Shown: positions 1-6,589, counted from the stretch's first letter. The stretch is 10,025 nt of DNA from Octopus sinensis (GCF_006345805.1 NW_021827649.1:1-10025); one strand, 5' to 3'. Made by a program: numbers and translations. The notes: generated by a model not told the origin, from the sequence alone.

Positions 1-293
1 TGAAGGATAAATTCGACCTCGGCGGGATTTGAACTGAGAACGGATCGGCAGAGGAAATACCTATTTATCTACTACCTACAATGGGCTAAACACGGAGGAG
101 ACAAACAAGGACAGACAAACGGATTAAGTCTATCCAAATCGACCCCAGTGCGTAACTGGTACTTAATTTATCAACCCCGAAAGGATGAAAGACAAAGTCG
201 ACCTCGGCGGAATTTGAACTCAGAACGTAACGGCAGACGAAATACGGCTACGCATTTCACCCGGCGTGCTAACGATTCTTCCAGCTCGTCGCC
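1..293 (-). mobile_element. tRNA-derived SINE, family A: full unit ~62-293 plus a second 5'-truncated tandem unit at 1-61 that runs off the window
   Basis: The minus strand starts GGCGACGAGCTGGAAGAATCGTTAG (A-box-like) and has B box GAGTTCAAATTCC (plus 209-221). It continues into the central segment CTTTCATCCTTTCGGGGTTGATAAATTAAGTACCAG. Homologous to 693-778, 8697-8809, 8854-9193 and 9595-9740. Confidence 0.9.
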
Positions 294-692
294 CTATATA
301 TTTTTAATTATTGACAAATACTACGCTGCCCCGATGAAAATATTTACATGTAGTTAACCTCATTTTTCGCTGCAGTCAAAATTAAATATTTTACCAAATT
401 TGCTATGCATTTCTATAATATATTATTTGTTCAGTGGCATTAGTGTGTTTCGTTAAACATCATGTGTATACGTGAATACACACACGAGTCTAAACACAAC
501 ACTGGCTTTATTCTTTATACATATTTAATTATCTCTCGTGCAAACGAATTAATTATCTCACTGTATGGAATGAACCAATTTTTAATTAGCGTTAGAGCAA
601 TTTAACTACTTACGAATAATGAAACCGGAGATCAATATGTAAAATCATATGCAAATATTTTGCAGCACTTATTAATATTCTATAAGTTTTAT

Positions 693-778
693 TATTTCGT
701 CTGCTTTTACGTTCTGAGTTCAAATTCCGCCCAGGTCTACTCTGCTTTTCATCGTTTCGGGGTCGATAATTTAAGCAG
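693..778 (+). mobile_element. Family A SINE internal fragment (B box plus central segment)
   Basis: TATTTCGTCTGCTTTTACGTTCTGAGTTCAAATTCCGCCCAGGTCTACTCTGCTTTTCATCGTTTCGGGGTCGATAATTTAAG aligns to the family A copies. Confidence 0.85.
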
Positions 779-966
779 CAGTTCTCGCCTTGTGCTTAGA
801 GTAGATAGATATTTCATAGTTTTATATAAAATTGCCGCCGTTTGCAAATTATTGTCAACAGAAAACGGAATATTAGAGTAAAAATTCAGTTCTATATTTA
901 ACAGATGAGGAATTATATAGATTATTTACATCATTTACATTTGAAAGATATTTGTCCCCATGCCTT

Positions 967-1210
967 CGGGCATATGGCTTAGCGGTTAAGAGCGCGGGCT
1001 ATTAACCCCCAGTTTCAGAGTTCGATTCCGGGCATTAATAATAATAATAATAATAGCAACATCGAAAAATACCTCACGAATGAGAACCCAGGTTCGAAAT
1101 GTCCCCAAGATACCTTACGAAGAAGGCTAGGGGGTATTTCAGTCGGAACGTTGTGTCAACAACAATCAAGATGAGACCAAATGTCTGTGAAATGTAAATA
1201 ATTTAAATAA
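967..1210 (+). mobile_element. Composite SINE-like element, copy 1: tRNA-like head, (AAT)n, hammerhead-containing tail
   Basis: A box TGGCTTAGCGG (975-985), B box GAGTTCGATTCC (1018-1029), (AAT)n ~1036-1054. The tail AACATCGAAAAATACC...GAATGAGAACCCAGGTTCGAAA...CAAGATGAG is colinear with 5971-6467. Confidence 0.85.
1109..1157 (+). ncRNA. Degenerate type I hammerhead ribozyme motif, probably inactive
   Basis: Stem I GATAC/GTGTC is retained, as is the 3' part CAGTC-GGAAC-GTT. The CUGAUGA core is decayed (CTTACGAAGA). Homologous to 6343-6388. Confidence 0.6.
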
Positions 1211-1376
1211 AGAGTAAAAATTATATTCGAAATTGGGCTGGTATCTTTAATGCAGATAAACATATAAGTAGCTTGCAATTACACTCATGTCTCGAGAGAA
1301 AATTAATCGTACGCACAAGTACAGTTAGCTATGTACACTCATACGTGCCCTGCTGTCTATCACCTGCGTCTCATTG

Positions 1377-1470
1377 TGTGTGTATATATTTATATTTATA
1401 TACATATGTGTGTGTGTGTGTTAATCTGTGTTTATACATTTATATGTATTTGTGTATGTATGTTTGTGAA
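1377..1470. repeat. Imperfect (TG)n/(TA)n microsatellite
   Basis: Seen directly in the sequence. Confidence 0.85.
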
Positions 1471-1710
1471 TCTGTCCAAACGTCCGGTTTCTCTTCCGGC
1501 GTAAATATAACGTGTTCCTTTCGCTATCATCGCCGACTTTACAACTTACTCACTGATATGTGACGAAAGGAAACATTCTGACAATTGACAGGGAATTAAA
1601 AGAACAGTACCTTCAAATATCGCCATCTGATTCTGGATCAAATATATATATATATATAGCATTATTAAATCTCAGAATGAGATGTAAACAGTAATCGCTC
1701 GACAATGTAA

Positions 1711-1786
1711 AGTATAGAAGCCATCTTAATATGGCTAACCACACCCTCCCCTTTGTGGTCAGCCATATTAAGATGACTTCTGTACT
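1711..1786. other. Near-perfect 33-bp inverted repeat with a 10-nt loop
   Basis: Arms 1711-1743 and 1754-1786 give 30 Watson-Crick pairs. On plus there is 1 G-U pair and 2 A-C mismatches; on minus 2 G-U pairs and 1 mismatch. Confidence 0.95.
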
Positions 1787-1805
1787 ATATATATATATAT
1801 ATATA

Positions 1806-1972
1806 AGTTTTTTGTGCATCATGATGCTGACATAAGTTCCTTGTTTTTTTCCTGATGAGAATGCGGCATAATGCACCCCTTATTCCTCGAATTAGGAATA
1901 GGCAGCCTTCGAAACATACGTCCGAAATAAAGGAATTTTGTTAATTCGTCGTTCAACTCCCTTCTTTCATTT

Positions 1973-1976
<4 letters not shown>
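1806..1976 (+). mobile_element. 171-bp hammerhead-containing unit between (TA)n tracts (Penelope-like terminal repeat or retrozyme-like)
   Basis: Bounded by (TA)n at 1786-1805 and 1977-2018 and contains the HHR motif at 1835-1937. Element status is inferred, as only one copy is in the window. Confidence 0.45.
1835..1937 (+). ncRNA. Type I hammerhead ribozyme candidate with intact core and enlarged stem II
   Basis: CTGATGA (1852-1858), closing pair G1859-C1910, GAAA (1911-1914), stem III AC-ATAC-GT, cleavage triplet GTC (1920-1922). Interrupted stem I: AGTTCCTT...TTTC pairs with GAAA...AAGGAATT. Confidence 0.6.

Positions 1977-2047
<71 letters not shown>
1977..2047. repeat. Compound (TA)n(GA)n microsatellite
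   Basis: Seen directly in the sequence. Confidence 0.98.
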
Positions 2048-2051
<4 letters not shown>

Positions 2052-2252
2052 GGAGAGAGAAAGGGGAAGAGCTACAAAATTATTGCTGGTGATGACATGA
2101 ATAACCTAAGTTCATGTATGTTTTCTTTTTTCCCTTTTACGATCCCTTTTGATCGAAAACCTACGCCACTTTTTTTTTCATCCCCAAAAGAAAAACTCTA
2201 CCTTGTAATTTCTCCCATCTGTGTGCAGCCCTCTGTGGCCAATAAAGAAACT

Positions 2253-2326
2253 TATCTATCTATCTACCTGTCAGTCTGTCTGTTTCTTTGTCTGTATGTC
2301 TGTTTATACTACTGTTTATCTATCTG

Positions 2327-2416
<90 letters not shown>
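2253..2416. repeat. (TATC)n tetranucleotide microsatellite with a degenerate (TGTC)n 5' part
   Basis: Pure TATC run ~2328-2416. Confidence 0.97.
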
Positions 2417-2480
2417 AGTCTCCCTGTTTGTCTGTCTATTGGTGTGTCTATTTGGCCTTACATCTGTTTCTACATCTATT

Positions 2481-2521
2481 TATCTATTTTAAGAAACTTA
2501 TCTATTTTAAGAAACTTATCT
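2481..2521. repeat. 18-bp tandem duplication (TATCTATTTTAAGAAACT, ~2.3 copies)
   Basis: Units at 2481-2498 and 2499-2516, partial unit at 2517-2521. Confidence 0.9.
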
Positions 2522-2599
2522 TTAGACTCACATTACAACACAGACATATTTTATGTATGTAAAAGTACAAATACCTATGCAAATGTTTATACTTATATG

Positions 2600-2667
2600 C
2601 AAGTTCATGTGTGTATATATTATATATATATGTATGTATATGCATATATATATGTATATGCTTATAT

Positions 2668-2706
<39 letters not shown>

Positions 2707-2820
2707 TTATATAATATATATATATATAATATATATATATATTATATTAATAAATATATATAATATATATATATATATTATTATATATATATATATATAT
2801 ATATATGCATCATACATATG
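2600..2820. repeat. Imperfect (TA)n microsatellite
   Basis: Seen directly in the sequence. Confidence 0.95.
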
Positions 2821-2877
2821 CGTGCGTGATAGTGTGGCTATTCAACCATTGCTAATCGTGTGTAGTTGCTTCCACAG

Positions 2878-3162
2878 GTTTCGTGATGTGACTCCAAACT
2901 GCAGCAGCAATCAATCAATGTCGTTCTTTGGTCCAAAGGAAATTCCACGTTCCTTGGAGTCATCGTCGGTCTTAATCTACGCTGCAGGAGTAGGTCGATC
3001 GATAATACCAGGCTTTCCCTTCATCACTCTTCTTCTTCTTCTTCTTCTTCTTCTTGTTGCTCTTCCTGTCATCTTATACGTTTTGGGATTTATAATTCTC
3101 TACTTCTATTTTGGTTCCAGAATACAATTCACGAACGGAGTGCTGCGGAATGCACGCTCACG
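2878..3162 (+). CDS. Candidate 285-nt symmetric (phase 2-2) exon encoding a hydrophobic, possibly membrane-spanning segment
   Basis: Branch-like GCTAAT, then TTGCTTCCACAG acceptor (AG 2876-2877), and CG|GTAACA donor (GT 3163-3164). One frame is open throughout: FRDVTPNCSS...FITLLLLLLLLLVALPVILYVLGFIILYFYFGSRIQ. No recognisable homology. Confidence 0.25.
3029..3055. repeat. (CTT)9 microsatellite
   Basis: Seen directly in the sequence. Confidence 0.98.
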
Positions 3163-3229
3163 GTAACACATATATTCACATGCTCAGTTACAGAAAGCTC
3201 TATCATATAACATACTATCATAAAACATA

Positions 3230-3741
3230 TCTATATATATAAAACTGTAGTTGTGTGAGTGTCTGTCCCCTACGATTTAGATTCCTAACTCCTCCCAGAT
3301 TTTGCGGTGCAGTTTAACCAAAACCGGGTATCTTATAGTCGCGATTCATATCGAGCCCGTTTGGCTATTAGCGCGCGTCTACGATGAGTCTACGATTTTA
3401 AAAATAATTTACATCATTTTTTATTCCATTTTAATGCATAATTTTTCGTGTGTCGATGGCGGCGGAGTTGGCGTCCATGGTCACACCTGCACCTGTTTGC
3501 TTCTCCCCCTTCTTCCCTCCCTCGTGAAGCTGTGGGGAAGGGAGTTTAAGGAAATCAACGTCGTAATGCGTTGTCAAGGAGACCAGCGTTCTTTTAGAAC
3601 AACGACTTCATGGCTTGATGACACCAAAACAGAAATGGCTAAGAAAGCCCGAATTGGCATCTGTAAAGGAAGTAACTCTTTAAAAATGCTTATATAGTTA
3701 TTTCCCTTACAAACCCGAGCAACGCCGGGCGATACTGCTAG
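3230..3741 (+). mobile_element. Non-autonomous Helitron, complete termini, 512 bp
   Basis: 5' end A|TCTATATATATAAAA. 3' hairpin CCCGAGCAACGCCGGG (3714-3729) lies 8 nt before CTAG (3738-3741), followed by T. It sits in an AT target with no target-site duplication. Confidence 0.9.
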
Positions 3742-4014
3742 TATTAATATAAATTATTAAACAGATCTCTTTCACAAAAATAAACACATGATGATTATTT
3801 TAACATTTATTCCCCCTCAGTCTCTTTTGCATAAAACATGTTGTCCAGTAATGTCCGGTCATTCACAAACCCGCACGTACTACAATAATATATGTATATG
3901 CAGAGTAGAGTAAGTTTGTTCTTATCTTTTTTATAATTCTGATGAATGTTTTACACCCGAATCGTTTAGACATTTCCTCCCAATAAGCGCATTTGTGAGA
4001 TTTTTTGGCAGTTT

Positions 4015-4290
4015 ATGGTAAATTTTTTTAAAATCGTTGACTCATCGTAGACATTTTTAGAGAGTTACTCCCCTTAGCGAAAAAAATGCATTAAAATGGA
4101 AAATAATGATGGTAATTTTTTTAAAAAATCGTAGACTCATCGTAGACGCGCGCTAATACCCAGAAGGGCTCGATATGAATCACGACTATAAGATACCCGA
4201 TTTTGGTTAAACTGCACCGCAAAATGTGGGAGGAGTTAGGAATCTAAATCGTAGGAGACAGACACACAACCTCACTTTTATATATAAAGA
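4015..4290 (-). mobile_element. Second copy of the same Helitron family, 3'-truncated, with an internal ~38-bp re-duplication
   Basis: The minus strand starts A|TCTTTATATATAAAA at 4290 and is ~90% identical by eye to 3230-3448. Segment 4109-4147 is repeated at 4015-4052. No hairpin or CTAG end. Confidence 0.88.
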
Positions 4291-4330
4291 TATGTATATA
4301 TACACGATAGGCTTTTTTCCCTTTCTGTTA

Positions 4331-4432
4331 ACTAAATCCACTCACAAGGCTTTGGTCGACACCAAGCTATAGTGGTGCCACGCAATGAGACTGAAACCAG
4401 AACAATGTGGTAGGGAAGGAAGCTTCTTACCA
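4331..4432 (-). mobile_element. Fragment of a second tRNA-derived SINE family (CORE-like, octopus OR-type), internally deleted
   Basis: The minus strand reads TGGTAAGAAGCTTCCTTCCCTACCACATTGTTCTGGTTTCAGTCTCATTGCGTGGCACC-ACTATAGC...CCAAAGCCTTGTGAGTGGATTTAGT. Family assignment is from memory of the repeat. Confidence 0.65.
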
Positions 4433-4452
4433 TGAGTGTATATATATATATA

Positions 4453-4675
4453 TTTCCCTTCCGGTCTTTCAAAATGTGACCTCGTGTGCACCGTTGGCGA
4501 TTTTTTCTTTCTCTGTCTTTCCTTCTCTGGATCTTTCCTTCTCCTATGTTTCCGACGAAGAGCTCCGCTCGAAACGTTAAAGCCACTTCTTTCCTTCTTT
4601 CCTGAGCGTCCAATAATACTATATTTGTTTCACGTCCTCGCGTTGGTGTGTTTTTTGTTTTCTTGTTGGATTAAC
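4453..4675 (+). mobile_element. 223-bp hammerhead-containing unit between (TA)n tracts (Penelope-like terminal repeat or retrozyme-like)
   Basis: Pyrimidine-rich unit bounded by (TA)n at 4439-4452 and 4676-4735, with the HHR variant at 4549-4581. Confidence 0.55.
4549..4581 (+). ncRNA. Minimal type I hammerhead-like variant (CCGACGA core)
   Basis: TTT-CCGACGA-A-GAGC-TCC-GCTC-GAAA-CGT-T-AAA: 3-bp stem I, 4-bp stem II, palindromic AACGTT at stem III. Confidence 0.6.
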
Positions 4676-4678
4676 TAT

Positions 4679-4735
<57 letters not shown>
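4676..4735. repeat. (TA)n microsatellite
   Basis: Seen directly in the sequence. Confidence 0.97.
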
Positions 4736-4736
<1 letters not shown>

Positions 4737-4892
4737 GTGTACCGCATTCGAAGTCTATATGTATAAAATCTGGTATTTAGAGTGTATGTTTAATAACACG
4801 CTAGTAAAAAAAAAAATACTAAATTCTTTCTCTGAAACAAAAAGCTTCAGCGAAAGTAGAGTTCTTCGTTGAGACGGCCTCCATTTTTAGCC

Positions 4893-4992
4893 GCAAAACA
4901 ACAACGACGACGATGACGACAACGCCACCAACACTCAAATACCAACAACAACAACAACAACACCAACAATAATAATAATAATAATAATAATA

Positions 4993-5053
<61 letters not shown>

Positions 5054-5070
5054 TAATAATAATAACAATA
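4893..5070. repeat. Compound trinucleotide microsatellite (CAA/CGA)n grading into (TAA)n
   Basis: Seen directly in the sequence; it explains the poly-Leu ORF 4847-5155. Confidence 0.95.
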
Positions 5071-5339
5071 AGAATTTTTTTGTAATTTGAACGTACTCGT
5101 GTGTAGTTGAAAGGATGTAAATAATAGGAAAAATTATGTCGATAGAAAATCTCATGGCAATATTTAAGGTAATAAATATAATAGTTATAGTAATAGCGGT
5201 AATAATAAGGGAAATAAGAAGGTTAATAAATTTAATGAAGCGTTACATCAATATCTTTTAGATATTCTGGAATGTACGAATGAGATTCCGTCGATGAGGT
5301 GTTAAAGGTGCTAAGTGTGTTGTGCAATGTGGAAAATAA

Positions 5340-5409
5340 GTATATGTATATACATATACGAATATATATATATATATGTGTGTGTATGTACGTCTGTGTG
5401 TGTGTGTAC

Positions 5410-5440
<31 letters not shown>
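5340..5440. repeat. (TA)n/(TG)n microsatellite
   Basis: Seen directly in the sequence. Confidence 0.95.
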
Positions 5441-5744
5441 GAGGCGCAATGGCCCAGTGGTTAGGGCAGCGGACTCGCGGTTGTAGGATTGTGGTTTCGA
5501 TTCCCAGGCCGGGCGTTGTGAGTATTTATTGTGCGAAAACACCTAAAAACTCCACGAGGCTCCGACAGGGATGCTGGTGATCCCTGCTGTACTCTTTCGC
5601 CACAACTTTCTCTCACTCTTTCTTCTGTTGGCCACCTCGTTTAGCCAGCGGGGTGGCGTCATTTGAAGGCTAAAACAATGCGAAGAGCATTGTCACCAAC
5701 GATGTGTAGTAACAGCTGATATCCTGGTCGGTAACGATGAGGGA
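5441..5744 (+). mobile_element. tRNA-derived SINE, third family, ~300 bp, between (TG)n and (TA)n tracts
   Basis: A box TGGCCCAGTGG (5450-5460), B box GTTTCGATTCC (5494-5504), GC-richer body with an internal hairpin CAGGGAT/ATCCCTG, ending at a (TA)n tract. Confidence 0.85.
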
Positions 5745-5792
5745 TATATATATATATATATATTTATATTATAATATATAATATATATATAT

Positions 5793-5826
<34 letters not shown>

Positions 5827-5850
5827 CATACCTAATTCATATATATGTAT
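5744..5850. repeat. Imperfect (TA)n microsatellite
   Basis: Seen directly in the sequence. Confidence 0.95.
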
Positions 5851-5851
5851 G

Positions 5852-5961
5852 TATATTTGTCCTTATCTTGATTTTTATTATTATAATGTTACGGCTGATA
5901 TACCCTCCAGCCTTCATCAGGTGTCTTGGGAAAATTTCAAACCTGGGTTCTCATTCCTAAA
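5852..5961 (-). mobile_element. Inverted copy of the hammerhead-containing tail, directly upstream of composite element copy 2
   Basis: The reverse complement TTTAGGAATGAGAACCCAGGTTTGAAATTTTCCCAAGACACCTGATGAAGGCTGGAGGGTATATCAGCCGTAACATT...CAAGATAAGGACAAATAT matches ~6307-6415, with about 11 mismatches in the first 77 nt. Confidence 0.9.
5885..5925 (-). ncRNA. Type I hammerhead motif with a mutated GAAA (GTAA), probably inactive
   Basis: Minus strand: GACAC-CTGATGA-A-GGCTG-GAGGGTATAT-CAGCC-GTAACATT. Confidence 0.65.
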
Positions 5962-6060
5962 TCATACCCACGAGCATATGGCGAAGTGGTTAAGAGCCGG
6001 GCTCTTAAAGTCTACGACAAGATTCCGAGTTCGATTCCAGGCAGTGACCTGAATAATAAA

Positions 6061-6066
6061 TATGAT

Positions 6067-6110
<44 letters not shown>

Positions 6111-6192
6111 AATATGATGATAATAATAATAATAATAATATAATAATAATAATAATAATGATGATGATGATGATGATAATAATAATAACATA

Positions 6193-6239
<47 letters not shown>

Positions 6240-6294
6240 TACTAAACATAATAATAATAATAATAACAATAATAACAATAATAATAACAATAAC
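6061..6294. repeat. Compound (TGA)n/(TAA)n/(CAA) microsatellite inside the composite element
   Basis: Seen directly in the sequence. Confidence 0.97.
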
Positions 6295-6342
6295 ATCGAA
6301 AAATACCTTAGGAATGAGAACCTAGTTTCGAAATTTGCCCAA

Positions 6343-6388
6343 GACACCTGATGAAGGCTGGAGAGTATATCAGCAGAAATGGTGTGTT
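6343..6388 (+). ncRNA. Type I hammerhead motif with mutated stem III
   Basis: GACAC-CTGATGA-A-GGCTG-GAGAGTATAT-CAGCA-GAAA-TGGT-GTGTT. Stem I GACAC/GTGTT; the three-copy consensus is CAGCC-GAAACGTT. Confidence 0.7.
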
Positions 6389-6476
6389 AACAAGAAACAA
6401 GATGAGGACAAATATCCATCAATTGTAAATAATGTACATAATTTCTCATCTCTTAAATACAGAACTGTGTAAAAGA

Positions 6477-6480
6477 TTTT
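6477..6480 (+). terminator. First T4 run downstream of composite copy 2 (possible Pol III terminator)
   Basis: No TTTT occurs on the plus strand between 5971 and 6476; TTTT is at 6477-6480. Confidence 0.35.
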
Positions 6481-6589
6481 GTTTCACACTTAAGGTAAAA
6501 AAAAAATGTACTTATCACTATCTTCAGCACCGTTATTCTGTAGTATGAATTTACAAGTCCCTACACATACGTATAAGAGCTGTAACAAG

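Larger units (their letters stand above)
5971..6467 (+). mobile_element. Composite SINE-like element, copy 2: tRNA-like head, expanded (TGA)n/(TAA)n, hammerhead-containing tail
   Basis: A box TGGCGAAGTGG (5979-5989), B box GAGTTCGATTCC (6027-6038), microsatellite 6061-6294, tail homologous to 1055-1210. Confidence 0.88.

Noticed and set aside
967-1035. tRNA genes at 967, 5441 and 5971
   Set aside because: A and B boxes are present, but I could not form a cloverleaf or acceptor stem. Each continues into repeat body sequence, so these are SINE heads.
2245-2521. AAGAAACTTATCT on both sides of the (TATC)n block as a possible target-site duplication
   Set aside because: Half the match is the microsatellite unit itself, and no element lies between; local slippage explains it.
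2915-2970. Minus-strand CCGACGA followed by a CCAAGGAA/TTCCTTTGG hairpin
   Set aside because: The spacing is wrong and there is no GAAA or stem III.
2990-3085. Minus-strand MTGRATRRRRRRRRRVMKGK… protamine-like peptide
   Set aside because: The Arg run is simply the (AGA)n microsatellite in a 31-codon ORF.
3939-3980. CTGATGA followed by a weak stem (ATGTTT/AGACAT)
   Set aside because: No GAAA follows the stem, so there is no hammerhead core.
4851-4975. Short plus-strand frame KVEFFVETASIFSRKTTTTTMTTTPPTLKYQQQQQQHQQ* after TTCAG, and minus-strand MEAVSTKNSTFAEAFCFRERI*
   Set aside because: The acceptor is weak, the frame is mostly the edge of the trinucleotide microsatellite, and there is no recognisable homology.
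5871-5885. The inverted tail seemed to end exactly at the predicted hammerhead cleavage site
   Set aside because: Homology resumes after a same-length, 14-nt diverged patch (CAAGATAAGGACAAATAT to ~5852), so the fragment does not end at the cleavage site.
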